From Chrysomallon squamiferum (taxonomy: Eukaryota; Animalia; Mollusca), in contig CM022669.1 of the NCBI GenBank assembly GCA_012295275.1, positions 7,130,001-7,194,000 on the forward strand: a stretch of 64,000 bases of DNA. The letters are read 5' to 3'. The position numbers and the translations under genes are program-made. This document shows, piece after piece, positions 1 to 14,492 of the stretch (position 1 is the stretch's first letter; the number at the start of each line of letters is the position of its first letter). Under the pieces are notes generated by a model that made no database searches, was not told the origin of the DNA, and was given only the letters and a program-made list of their open reading frames with translations.

Positions 1-57
1 ACAACGACAAAATGAAACAGAACAAAAAAAAAAAATAAAGAAATGCTCTTCACTTAC

Positions 58-112
58 CCGATAACATCTGGATCTCGCAGACAACAACGAAAGTAACCCG
101 CAACCATCCCAT
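58..112 (-). CDS. Probable first coding (signal-peptide-like) exon of a gene continuing off the left edge
   Basis: Seen: aaaatATGG start at 112 reading MGWLRVTFVVVCEIQMLS(G), ending at a consensus phase-1 donor G|gtaagt (57-52); GC-richer leader extends to ~450. Inference: same layout as exon 1 of the neighbouring Ig gene. Product unknown. Confidence 0.45.
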
Positions 113-2372
113 ATTTTCTGAATTCTGCCGAGCAGACGACAAACTAGTCAGTGTTCGGAAAGGTCCGTGGGTCTTGGACAGCGAGTGTGCCCAGGTATCG
201 ATCAGTTGATCCACAAGAACGTAGCGTTTCCCCGCAGTCTGTGTAAACACATTACAGACAGTTTTAACAAGATTTCAGCTTCAAACAAGTAAAACTTGTA
301 ACAGTTTCGGATAACGCCGGCAGAAAGCAGAAATATGATCTTCCCGGCGTCAGTCACCGACGACAGTTTCAGAGAATGTAGTGAGTGTCTCAGCAAAAAG
401 CCAAGTTCGTCTGCTTTCCAGAAGTCTTTTTCAAAACGGATGTTCAAGAGAAACGTCGAAACTATTAATAGAACTATAATAGAAAATGCACTTTAAGTTC
501 TTCTTCCTCTCTTTTTTTTTTTTTTCTTCTTTTTCTTTTTCTTTTGAAGACAGCTATGGTTTAGAGTGTGTACGTATTGTTAATAATTGAAGTTGTCAAT
601 TTTACAGATTTCCGACTGCACCTTTTAAGTCAATTTTCGGCAATAATGTTTAAAGTAATTTAAACAAACGACGAGAAACGGGAATCAGAGCAAATGAAAA
701 ATAAACATAAATCGAAAACGGAATTGGACCAGTAACAGCCTCTATGGATATATCTTGTTCGCGGACGGAGAAATGGATCGATATCTCATTTTATTATTGT
801 ATATATTTGTCATGCTTGTGAATTCGTATGCAAATGACCTCATGGAATATTTACGGCATCCCGTAATGCAATGCGCGATACTTCTATTACTAAAAAAAAT
901 TTCATAATCTATCCAGCCTCTGATAATAAATAAAAAATAAAATAAATAATAATAAAAAATGAAAACTAATTTTTCCGAAATCATAGACAATTGAGCAAAA
1001 TAAGGTTTTTCAAAATGAAAGCATCGGAACATAATATCATATAACATAACAAAATATGTAGCCGAGATATATGAATTAAGGTCTAATAAATCGTCACCCC
1101 ACTCCCATCAAAAAAAAATTAAAATAAAAAATCTTCTTTATTAGAAGTCGATCGTGCAATGCTGGTCGTAACGGAAAACAGCCTGCTGAGCTGCAGTCTG
1201 TTGGATGGACTCAGTTATCAAGGACATTCCTCCCGCAGGATTTAAAACCTGTTACGATTAGAAACGCAGATATCACTGAAATCACGTTGTCATGGTTACC
1301 ACTTTACACCCTAATAAAATTAATATTATTTGATGTTCATTATATTACGAAACAAAACTCAATAGCCCTGTTTCCACATGAAGCCAATATAATGTGACAT
1401 GCTATATGTCTATGGGGACAAACATCCCTTTTTTTCTTTCTTTCTTTTTTTTTTTTTTTTCCGTATTTTGTTTTAAATTTATGACAAAAAAGGGGGTGGG
1501 GGAACGAAAAGAAGAAGAAAAAAAGAAAACCTTTGAACTATAAATGAATTATAAAATTATAGATTCAGACGTTATTTTATATCTAAGAAAAGAGCATGGG
1601 TGTTAAATGTTAATTAATGTTTCAATAAAATTTCCCAGACCGGCAGACATTTTCCTTGTTAATAATAAACAGCTGCCGGTGAACTAGGTTTTTGTTCCTC
1701 GTGTATATTGCACCGACATGTTTGTCAAATATTGAAGGTATGTCTTTTCTTGTGTTCATACTAACGTTATATTGTTTAACTTTGTCAAGAATGTTTGTTA
1801 AATGAGCTTAGATATACAAAAAAACGTTTCGATAAATAGCTTTATATGAGAAAGCTGGCTTCTTCAAACGATCAAGATGATATTGTTGATACTATGTGAA
1901 GTTATCGCTTTTTTGATAGTGCAACAGTAGCAAAATCAATATTATATGTTGTTTTTTGTTGTTTTTTGCCGTCTTAGGCACCATGAATGTCGTTATCATC
2001 ATTATTATTATTGTTATAATTATTATTATTATATTATTATTAGTAGTAGTAATAGGAGTAGTTTTGAGTAGTAGCAGAAGTTCTTAATAGAAAAATTGTG
2101 TAAGGTATCGTCTTTCTTTTGTTGTGTTGTTGTTGTTGTTGTTGTTGCAGTGGTGGTTTTGTACTGGAGACAGAGATAATATACATAAACAATTAGTATC
2201 TTTTATTTCAGTTAGTTTCTCTTTAATATAAACTTGATTATTAAAAGAATTAAAAAAAAATTAGAAATTAGAAATAAACAAATAAACAAAAATTAAAATC
2301 AAAATTAAAAAATAAATTTTGTATAGTATCTTATGCATCTTATTCTTCTTTCTTTTTCTATATATAAATAAT

Positions 2373-2378
2373 TTATTA

Positions 2379-2453
<75 letters not shown>
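2373..2453. repeat. (TTA)n microsatellite
   Basis: Seen directly. Confidence 0.95.
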
Positions 2454-2454
<1 letters not shown>

Positions 2455-3758
2455 GTTTGTTTTACTACTTCACAATGACAAATATTAAATATGGAAAACG
2501 TAATGAAAATAACAGGTTGAGTACTCAGTCTTTTGGGATTTTTGTAATCATTAATAATATATATTATATTATATTACATTATTTATTTATCTATCTATCT
2601 ATCTATTATTATTATTATTATCGGTCTCAATATCTCCAGTACACATCACGGAACACTTTCAGGTTCTCTATCTATACCTGTTCCCAGTTCGTTTGTAAAG
2701 ACAGATACTTGGCTAACCGACAGTACATGTTGGTTTGATCTGAACATGAAAGACTACAGCCGGGAAGATCATACCTGAACTTACTACTGGCGTTATCCGA
2801 AATTTTAAGAATTTGCCAGACTCAGCTAGAATCAGGTATCTGTTACTGGTAACAAATCAGAAGTAAGATAAGATTTACAATTACCTGATTAACTGATATG
2901 TAAGAAATGGGCAGCCATTTTTGTGGACTGGGGTGAGAACATACATGATACTGACTGTCGTGTTTCCTGAAGGTGTCCATACGTCCAGTACAAAAACAAG
3001 ATAAGAAAATTGAATCAGATCTAGTTTTAGTCTGTATCTAAATACTGAAACATTTATCATTAAATTAACGTTGTTTTTTTTTTCACTAAATCCACTGACA
3101 GGATGTACATTCATAATATACAATAACAAAATAGCGTTTCGTAAATTATTTATTTAATACACCAGATAATTAAAAAGCTGTTTTTATTAATTACATTTAT
3201 TATCATTTTTGTTTGATATCAAGCACCAACTAAAACACAAAAATACATATTTGAAAATACACACCAATTACAAACAGACGCCTTAAAAAAAAAAAAAAAA
3301 AAAAAAAATACACAATAAAAGTGGAATGTTGAAATGGAGGGAATTGACATTAGAACAAATTCATTAGCAAACCATCGCGTATAATTATTCGTTACTAAAA
3401 GTCGGAACGTCTCGCAGGTTTTCGTGATGACAGACATATGAGTGATTGATTGAAATCATTATTCTTGCGGAAGTAAGTGATCACAAAAAGTAGATAGTAG
3501 ATCTGTCGTCAAAGAGAGCGCGCTTTAACGATAGTTTTTAATAATACCTATTAAGCTTCGAACACTTATATACATAAATAATAATAATAACAATAATTAG
3601 AAGAAAAAAAAAAAATAATAATAAAAATATATACATAAATAAATCAATAAATAATTAAACAAAATAAATAAAATAAAAAATATAAATTGAAGTATATATT
3701 AATAATTAAAACGTTTAAATTTTCACAGCCACATTTTTAGATACACAAACTACATTAT

Positions 3759-3759
<1 letters not shown>

Positions 3760-3830
<71 letters not shown>
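3760..3830. repeat. (CT)n microsatellite
   Basis: Seen directly. Confidence 0.95.
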
Positions 3831-3834
<4 letters not shown>

Positions 3835-5183
3835 ATATACAGAATTAAAAGTAATGTACTCACACACTGAATACTTTCAGCACATATTAAATTTTAGCTG
3901 TACATATGTGATTGATTAATAGTCATTAAACTGAACATACACACATCGATCAATCATTAATATTTTAAAAAACATTAATATTTTTAAAAACACCCCCAAA
4001 ACCCTAAAAAAAAAAAAAAACAAGTACGATATCTTCTGCATACTTTCCCATTTACAGGAAAATCGTAAGAGGCAAGAATGTTTTTTTTTTTTTTTATCGC
4101 CCTTGGAAAATATTTTAGAAACAAAATAGTTGCCCTTTTGATATCTAACTGATGAAAACCACAAGTACAAACGTACTTTAATCACATGGGACTATTCCTG
4201 TGTACATTTGGAGTAATTCGGAAACAGGGTAAAAAGGTGTAGAAGGGTTTGCTGACAGAATGTGTATGTTAGAGTGGTAAGTTTACAAAAGTTGATGTGA
4301 AACAAAGTATTGTTGATTCATTTGGGCTCACATTTTACGTTAAAATTAATAGTTTCTCTTGTTTCTTCAAATATCAATGTATCTTCGAAGATCTGTGCAC
4401 ACTTTATTTGGATTATTACCCAAATGGTCAGAAGACAGAGTTTGTGGGTATTCACTTCATGGATGGTTGGGGATTCCTTTCTCGGACTGAATATTCTAGA
4501 GAATTGTATTTCTTGGTCTTCTCCGTATCAGGAAGATACAAATACCTCAATACCATCAGATAACTGTCATACGCAAGACAGTTCAAAGTATTTTGAAAGA
4601 CAGTGGTTGGTTGTTTACGTAATATTTATTACGTCAAATCATGGATTACATCATAATATCTTTATGAGATTTATGACATACTGATTCCTTAAGCACGTTC
4701 CTTGGTGTGTGTTTTTTGTACCAGATTCATTGAAACATTTTAAGTGGCTAACACATAAAGGAATCAGAATAATAATGAATTCCCGAAGGAAACACATTAG
4801 TAATAATCACCTGAAGGAAAGAGAGTGATAACGAATTGCTTAAGGACTCATCAGTAATGAATTCCTAGAAGATTGCACAACTATCATGAATTCCGGTAGG
4901 AGGCACATGAATCACGAACTCTTGAAGGAGGTACTAATGACCTCCTGAAGGAGGTACAACCCCAATGAACTTCAGAATGAGCCACACTAGACTGAGATAT
5001 AATCACACTTCTTCAGTCACCATGACCAAAGCGTTACATTATTCTCGTTTTTCATTTTGTTGTATCAATGTTGTATCAATGCAACAAATATATCGCTTCA
5101 GTTGTGACTGTGTTAAGACTATTGGTCCATAAAAGATGTATTATATTTCTTATTTAGATATTATAGAGCTTTAAAATTAGGAT

Positions 5184-5268
<85 letters not shown>

Positions 5269-5520
5269 TTTTGATGTCAAATAAATACAGTAAAAATATG
5301 AATTTGCAAACTATCAAGAATCGAGAATTAAAATATACTGGGTATATCTTTCAAGATTATTAGGAATGTTACTGGCTTCTTGAAGACGCTTACATTTTGT
5401 ACAATTTCACGGTTAGCCTTTTTAAAAACTGTAATTTTCGAGTCGCGTTGTTTACCTCCTATGTACCTCTAATTCATCTGGATGGATGGTCTTCAAAAAC
5501 AAACTGAGACGGCTCCCTGA

Positions 5521-6390
5521 TTAACAGAGGTCAAAAGCAAGCGTGAAAAGGCACGTAAATAAAAGAAATGAGGTCGTAATATGTACTGATGAGGAACTAC
5601 TGGTGTATTTCATATTTAATATTGCAAAGTTTTTTCTCGCTGAACCGTACTTGTTTGTGGCCACGCACCAGTATATTCCATAGTCAGCTCTCGTAAATGT
5701 CAAGAATTTAAGCGTTTTTGTTTTATCAAAGATTTTACGTGTGTCGTTGCCAGCGATTGGCCCGTTGAGTGAGTGCCACCTGATGTCTGCAGTCGGGTAG
5801 GACAGAGGCTGACATTTGAGTTCCATACCATTGTAACCCTCGATAGTCTCCGTGTTGTTCTCACCGTCAACAAAATATGGCTTGCCTGAATAAGAATAAA
5901 TGAATGAATGAATGAATGAATAAATAAATAAATAAATGAATAAATGAAAATGAATGAATGAATGAATGAATATTTAAACAAAATAACTGAAATGAAATAA
6001 ATAAAGAACAACAACAAACTTCTCTGTAAACTTTAGTGTATTTCTCATTCCATGATAATTTTTTAAGTAAGTACAAAAAGCAGGAATTTATATTCGTAAA
6101 CACTGACATAGGAAATTAAAAAAAAAAACAAGAAAAAAAACACCAACAAACTCACGTGTATCTATCCACCCCACTCCAACCTACTCCAAAGAGATGTAAT
6201 ACTCACCCACAACACCAACGTCATGACGTATTTCTCCTTGTTGTTCACCATTTGTTGCATTCATATGACAAGTGTAAACCCCCACGTCCGAATAATCTGA
6301 ATAAAAGAAAAAACATGATACTATCCAAAACTCTGTTATCTTCTCACTTTTATTATTTTATTATAAACTGTTAAATTATTATTGTTTCGA

Positions 6391-6489
<99 letters not shown>

Positions 6490-7512
6490 AAAACCAACAG
6501 CATTAAAAAAACAACAATAACAACAAAATAAATTCATTGTTTTAATGGGATAAAAAATGAATTTAATTATAAGAAGAAATAAAATGAGTTTAACTATAAG
6601 AAAAAATAAAATGAGTTTAATTATAAGAAGAAATAAAATCAGTTTGATTATAAAGAAGTAAAAAACAGAACTGAAGTTAACAAGACAGGGGACAGACGTT
6701 TATGCAGTGACGTACACATCTCTGGAACTGCATCTTGTCGGTGAGAATTGTCGTAAGAATGAACAGTGTGAGGCAAACGTTACTCACTGGAATGTCTTAT
6801 AGTCATTGTTGTATTGTTGTCACTTAATGTAATTCTCTCAATCAATCCAGGAATGGCAGAAAGGTTGGTTTGGTCTTTTGTCCACGTCGTCTTCAGACTT
6901 GCACGAACTTGTCCTACTTTGCAAGATACAACGACGTCACTCCCAGGGGCAATATAAACATCGGACGTGGAGGCAACTGAAAAAAAAAAAAATTATATAT
7001 TAAATTTTTTATTATATAAATTACTTATTTTACTTTTTTTAATTATAATAAAATAATAATAATAATAATAATAATAATTAATATAATAATAATAATAATA
7101 ATAATAATTAGCACAGGCTAAATTTGGAAAGAGACAAAGAGCTAATAAAACATCATTATTAATCTACGTAATTAGTAAGTATATTAATGGCGAAGTTAAT
7201 ACCATTCGGAAGTATTGTATTACTGGCATACTTTATTATTAACAAAGGTTTATTCCATGACAGAAATAACGATCTGTTTATTTAGTCAGTATTTGTATTC
7301 TTAAAACCTTTGGTACTTTCAATCATTCCTGGTATTCTAGTAAAAAATTACTTGAACTAACCACAATATGGTTGGTATGGTGTTTGGCAAGGTTCTATAT
7401 TTGAAGCAACTTCGTTTTATATTAATAAGACAATGATGGATTAAAAACATATATAAAACTGGTGAGCACAGATAACGCACACTTACACTGCAGTTTAATT
7501 TCATATCAAATA

Positions 7513-7560
<48 letters not shown>

Positions 7561-8231
7561 AATACTATTAAATGTCTGAATCTCACATGACACAACTTTT
7601 ACTTGAACAGATTGTGCAGTGTCTCTCAAACTGCACGTGTAAGTGCCGGATTCATCGGCCCGGATGTTCTGTCTTATTAGCTTTTCCTTGTTGATCATCT
7701 GCAAACCGCCGGACACTGGTGGCCCGAACGTCACGTGATGGGTTATGTCGAATTCTGGCGCTCCCAGTTTTGTTGTTCCCCGCTTCCACTCAGTGCCGGC
7801 TATTTGTGTCGTGGCTTTGAACGAACACCTTAGCTCGAGGGTAGAACCTTCTTGAATGTAAACTGGATCACGATTAAGCATGGTCGCAGTGATACTTGCT
7901 GTAAGAAATAGTAATGATGATAACAACAACAACGGCAACGATGACAATGACAGTGATAATAATGATGATGGTGTTGATAATAGGTAATAATAATAACAAT
8001 AAAAATAATAATGATAATAATGATGATGGTGTTGATAATAGTAATAATAATAACAATAAAAATAATAATGATAATATTGATGATAATAATAATGACGATG
8101 ATGGTGATGATGACTTTGATGATGATAATAACAGTAATAACAATACAACGTAAATTAGTAATCATAAAAAGAATAAATTATGACGAAGCTGATTAAAATA
8201 ATTGTAGAGATATCATGGGTCACTTTATATA

Positions 8232-8276
<45 letters not shown>

Positions 8277-8399
8277 TTTTAAAGTATTTATTTTACTTTT
8301 TCCCTTTTGTATTTTCTATTTCTTTTTTCTATATTATAAAACAACGAAGAAGAAGAACTTGACAATAACAAACCAATTTCTACAACAACCAAAATAATT

Positions 8400-8474
<75 letters not shown>

Positions 8475-8504
8475 TCTAGATATGTCAAGAGATCTTACAA
8501 AAGC

Positions 8505-8539
<35 letters not shown>

Positions 8540-10172
8540 GGGCGTTGTGGTGAGAGAGTTTGGTCTTAACTAAAAATTCCCCTGTCAAAAACTAACCACA
8601 GTAAATTAAGCGTTTGCATCCGTTGTGAAACTTGCCGAGGTCAAAGTTCACTTGTACGTACACGTTAGTTTTCAGAGATTTCGTGTTCCTTATGTAACTT
8701 TTCCTGCAGCCAAGCTGTTTAGCTGGTTTAAACTGTGTTACAGAGGAAAATCAACTTGCTTTGAAGATTGTATTGTTCTACACTTGATAAAGAAATGCCT
8801 CACGGTGCTTGTACGTTCCCATCTCAGTTTTCAAGCAAGAAAACGTTATTTTCTTGTACATTTAGAGACAGAGACAGAGAGAGAGAAAAAACCTATCTTG
8901 AAAACGGAATAATAAAATGTGAATGCTGTTGTTTACTGACAATCAGTTCTCATTGAAAAAAAACACGTTTGTTACTTGTCTCCATAGCAACACTAGAACA
9001 TAATATAATTATGACAGGAGCAAGCGTCCAAGAACTATTTGGCATGTTACATAATACAGTGATATTAGTGTTTTGGTCTGAATCATCATATATGGGGTTT
9101 TCAGATAACAGACCGCATTTGGTGTATGCATGCAACAATTATTTATACAGTTTGCTTGTCTGAATATATGTATTATTTGCATACGTATATACAAAATATG
9201 AGAAAATTATCTAAACACACACACACACACAACCCTAAGCACATAATTTCATCATGTCATTACTTACTCACATACTTACACCACCACAATCTAAAATATT
9301 TCATTAACTGGAGAAATCATGTCAAGATAACCGATATATCAAATACCTACAACGTAATTAATTAAATAGTCCAATCCTAGCAACCTCTCCTGAAATAGCG
9401 TGAATTTCTTGCACTTCGCTCATTCAGTGAAACGTCCTTTCTTTCGACACGCCTTAACATTTATCATTACAGGCAAATAATATGACTTTATCAAATATGC
9501 TTTTGTTCATTTCATTTTTCTCATTTCTTTCTTTATGTCTTTTCTTCCTCTTCAAAACAGATAAAAATCAAAATTAGAAACGCCACTTAAACTGATATTC
9601 TAGAAGCTGGTTTTGAAAGAGACTTCTGATTGCTATTTCAAATTTTTAATCTGATAATACAGTTGTGACTGACAAGACTAACAGAAGCCAATTTAAAATT
9701 TGAAAACCAGAGGAAAAAAAATAAAAATACAATCACCAACATCTCTACGTATTGATTTACTCTTCCGTAGGCGTGACGAATAACCTCCCTTGATAAAACC
9801 AGACACACCCACGTAACGTAGCAGCCGAAAATCAATAAATAAATAAATAATAATAATAAAAAAAAACATCTCAGAAAGAAATGGGAAAAAAAAAAAAAAA
9901 ATGTCAGCTAGTTCTTAACAGGTCATTAATGTCGAATAGCAAATATATTTCAAGTGCTTCCTTTAAAGAGAACTGTCAATAAATCAAAGATAAAATTAGG
10001 TAAGACAAGTACAATGTTATTCTACTGCGTGACAGGTAATTATCTGTTAACTTTTAAATGACAAAATACATAATTAGACATACTCGACGCTTATGTCATT
10101 TATAAATGTGTCGAAAAATAAAACCCTTCGAAGTCGATTTTTTAAAACTTCAGCAATTTTCAACTATTCCTA

Positions 10173-10244
<72 letters not shown>

Positions 10245-10877
10245 CATGATAGTAATAACAATAACAACAACAACAACAACAATAATAATAATAATAATAC
10301 GTTATATTACGCTGATTATAATGAATTGCTCAGCACCAGCTACGCAGTTTACACTCCCAGTTACAGCGAAGAATCCCTTACAATTTACTAACACAAATCT
10401 AAGCTCAGATTGTTTTTTGGAAACTGCGATTTTAAAAAGAAAGTTCACGAACGTCATTATGTACTGGAAGTATCTGAGGTGACAATGATTTCTAATTATT
10501 TAGTTTACAGTCTCAGGTTTACCGTGTTTGTTTTTGTGTTGCGGATGGCTTTATGGGTGGGTACATGGGTGTCGATGTGTAATGTAAATTTGCGTTAATG
10601 CATTTGAAAATAGGTATCTATGTAACTATTTCATGGCATCTTTTAATGAAACGTGAAGTATTACAAACTTTAAAAGTAATAAGTATGCACTTCAGTTATG
10701 AGTGTTTTTGATACTGCTATGAGTTTATGTTATAAAATATTTCCAGTCTTCTTCTTGAAGATTTGCAAAAGTTAAAATTCAGTATTTACACACTTTTTTG
10801 TTTTGTTTCAGAAATATTTATTTTCTTCGTGAACGAATGCTGTATTTATATAAAAATTACATTTAAAAAACAATAAT

Positions 10878-10960
<83 letters not shown>

Positions 10961-11462
10961 AACAAACGTACACACACACACACGTATCTATCTATACTTA
11001 TAACAAAACACCTGGATAGGTTTTGTCTACATCTTGCAGCTTTCTTTTGAACGTAAACATAGATCGTTCTGCAGTGCCTTTATGGCACACACCTTTCAAC
11101 GATCCGTGCCTAATTACCTGCAGGAAGTAGATCATAACTCGTTTTACAGACCTGAGCAGACGTCAAGAACTATTCTGTGTGACTGGCGGGACGGCATGCA
11201 TGTTGCAGTAACTAAACCCACCGTTTATCGGTTACCCGTTCACGCGGCATTCGCGAAAACACATTCTGACTGACGTACTCTGCCCGAGATTTAGTGGTCC
11301 GGTGGAATTAAATCAGATCCCAGAGTCATTCACAAATTAACAGTTGATTAATACAGTGCAGATCACTGTTTGTGGGTGAAACGTTTGAATCGGTGATCTG
11401 AGGTGGACTGCGTATCCATATGCGATCGACAATTTCACACACACACACACAAATATATAAAT

Positions 11463-11507
<45 letters not shown>

Positions 11508-12693
11508 AAATAATAATAATAATAATGAGAACTGTTTGTTTTTGTATGTTTGAATGCGAGTCCGTCTTATATATATATATATATATATATATCTATCTAT
11601 TTAGTCATTCCAGCAAATATTATTAATTCGGTTGAACGTAATCATTTCACGTAAACTAACACATACAATATGACATTGAATCACTCTGAGGTGATTAATA
11701 ATCAATACTTTAGTTAATTATGAATTTGCGTAGACATTTTGATATTTTTAGAACTGAGCCACATTTTTCTAAGCTATTAGCGGTTTCCTCTTTCATTTTA
11801 CTCTGCCACTGCATTAAATAACGAAGAAACACAAAATATTTGCATAAAATGAAAACGATCTCAAACACTTTTTTTTTATTTTATTTTTTATTTTTTATTT
11901 TTTTTGAAGTTGTTTTGTCTTTCCAAAACATCTGCCAGAACGTGTTTGTTATAATATTGATTTTCCACCATGTTGGTGCTACGGGCCCAGCAGACGATCA
12001 ATAAATATACCGCTTTGGTGGAGATGTTGAAATTTGACAAAACAGCCGGCGTTAGTTAATATTTGACCTTTCCAAAGCTTAATAACGTACGACTGGATAG
12101 GAAGTGGGTCATGATAATGACCTTACTTTAAGACTATTAAGTGATAAAATTACCACAGTGTAAGCTGACAAGGGTCGTGTATATGTAACACAAAATTATA
12201 ATGAGACATGAATAATGAATGAACGGATGTTCGTTTCGCTTTCCTTCATTAACTTACAGTAAATCAAAAAAAAATAATAATATATACAACTATATTTTTA
12301 AACATTTTTACATATTTATTTACTTTCTACTGTTCTTATAATTTATATGTTTCATTCTTTTAACATTTTCTGTCACGCATGGTTCAGTCAATCAGCGAGT
12401 CGTGACGGCACACTGCTTAGTGCTTTTATAAATCATTATTAAATAGGTCAAAATAGCCGTTAAAATTCTCTTCCCCTCCCCGACCTTCGCGGTCATTTTA
12501 AACCGCCAGTCTGCCACTCGCATCACACATTTTCTTTTTATTCAGGCATACAGCTTGAAACGATCTGATCTCACAACAATGAAACCAACCCGCCTGTTCG
12601 TACAAAAGAAATCAAAGAAAATGACTTACCGGCAACCGAATGCAATATCGCCGTAAAAACAACCGTCAGCACTGCAAGTACAAGTACATCCAT
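5521..12693 (-). CDS. Three-Ig-domain cell-surface protein with signal peptide and probable GPI-anchor signal (IgLON/lachesin/DIP-like architecture), 339 aa
   Basis: Seen: exons 12693-12630 (MDVLVLAVLTVVFTAILHSVA), 7898-7587 (LELRC..W..DESGTYTC), 6976-6788 (VVSC..W), 6296-6207 (DVGVYTC), 5885-5521 (MELKC..W..DYGIYWC, then SSSSS plus hydrophobic C-terminus with no cytoplasmic tail). All introns GT-AG and phase 1; total 1020 nt open. Established: C..W..DxGxYxC is the Ig-domain signature. Exact family is inference. Confidence 0.85.
6397..6488. repeat. (GA)n microsatellite in an Ig-gene intron
   Basis: Seen directly. Confidence 0.95.
7912..8473. repeat. Compound low-complexity tract: degenerate (RAT/AAC)n, (GT)n, (GAT)n(AAT)n
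   Basis: Seen directly; intronic, immediately 5' of Ig exon 2. Confidence 0.9.
8978..8991. promoter_or_regulatory. RFX X-box-like site in intron 1 of the Ig gene
   Basis: Seen: GTCTCCATAGCAAC. Established: fits the X-box consensus. Function untested. Confidence 0.35.
10878..10954. repeat. (GA)n microsatellite
   Basis: Seen directly. Confidence 0.95.
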
Positions 12694-14020
12694 TTTGTCA
12701 CATTCGCTGCTGTCGTTATTGATGGTTCATCTATTTGACTCTAGATTAAAAACAGAAACAAGAAGTAAACTGTTATCCTACACGAAACACGCGAGGTACT
12801 CCGTAAAAACAACATGGGAACTAGAAGGCTTTATTCGTCCACGCCGTGGAGTGACTCAGAGCGCGGTAACCGCTCGTCTGGCAATATGGCTAGAGGAGTG
12901 TTCAGCAAATAGATTTTTCTATCGACCGAAACAAACAAAAAAAATCCTCGGGTATTGTTCTGATTAATTCACCTTTAGATAGAACTTTGTTGCTCGTTTG
13001 ATCTTATAATTTTTAATTTATTACATAATTATAATATATAGGCTATATAAAGAAATAAATATGTACAATATGCAATATAGGCCTACTCCTAGACTGATAG
13101 ATTCTTGAATCAGTAATATTACTAATTCAGTAACAGCCAAAATTTCCTTATAGGTAATTCTTTATATCCTGATACATATCAAGACAGAAAATATAAATGA
13201 TGCAGATACTAAATTTAGAAAAGTCATCTTCCGCTGAAATACCCTACTGTAATGGTTTATTTTCGAATGTGTGAGTATATACATAATTATATATACATGT
13301 ATATATTTTCTCTTTTTTCCCTTAATTTTTTAATCTCTGTAACACCAAAGACAAGAACAACAACAATAATGATACCATTACCACCACCAGTACTCCTAAT
13401 AACATATATATATTTTTTTAAATAAATCAAATACATTTTCGATTGTAAATTATAATTGTTACATATACTTTTTCGTATTGTGATATTATGTTATTGAACT
13501 AAGAAATAGTTTCTTTCTTATACTATTTTAAAATTTACTTTATTATTATAATTATGCCTTTTTTCAAATGTTTTCTCACAAAGCATTTGATACAAAACCA
13601 TAAGGATTTTAACTTAATGAAGAATATTAAAGTTAATAATAATAATAATATAATTTATAGCAAATAATAAATAAATAAAAGAGGAATAGAACGAAAGAAA
13701 ATTAATCGGTAGAGATCATAAAAACTCTCTCTCTCTCCAGATGTTTGTTTCTGATCTCTCTATCTCTGTCTGTCTACCTAACTGAAAATGAATAATTAAT
13801 TTAAAAGAATACTTAGAAAATAAATGATAAAATGTATGTTTGTTATAAGTTGGTTATTTACTTTATTTTCTGATATGGAAACTGTACACTCAGTAAGACT
13901 GATAAACGAGAAACAATAAAAAGATGCCGATTTATATCGAAATAATAAACCAATCAAATGATAGTTAACTAATTTAAATTATAAACCCTTCATTTTATAA
14001 TCGATAGACATTAACTATAT

Positions 14021-14056
<36 letters not shown>

Positions 14057-14394
14057 ATATTTATTATTACATTTAAGCTGTCATTTTCTAATCTAATTTG
14101 AATTTATACTTTCGGTAATGTATTTACATGTTCACATTGTCTGGTTTTTATTACTCTTTTACATAACAATAAATACATATGTTTATGTTGTGCTTATTTA
14201 TGTCAAATTCATTTGAATTGTGGCTTTTATTTAGTTTTTTTATTTTATTTACTTAGCTTACTAAATATGCAACAGTATGCTTCTTGCAGTATCAAACATA
14301 CATTGCCCGTCCATCGAGATCCGTAGTAGGCCTAAGTATCTGAAATTTCATTAAACATTGTGAACAGCTGACCCCTTCAATCTCAACTTCATTA

Positions 14395-14398
<4 letters not shown>

Positions 14399-14489
<91 letters not shown>
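14399..14489. repeat. (CT)n microsatellite
   Basis: Seen directly. Confidence 0.95.

Positions 14490-14492
<3 letters not shown>

Noticed and set aside
2620-3000. GC-richer stretch with a TDTWLTDS..DLNMKDYS peptide suggestive of a LINE endonuclease relic
   Set aside because: Too short and degraded to support by eye; needs a profile search.
4297-4684. Overlapping plus-strand ORFs 4297-4563 and 4310-4684
   Set aside because: Non-ATG starts, no recognisable domain and no convincing exon boundaries.
11034-12967. ORFs 11034-11273 and 12695-12967 share an FYRPxQT..IL peptide
   Set aside because: Little nucleotide similarity, non-ATG starts, antisense to the Ig gene intron and promoter; probably chance.
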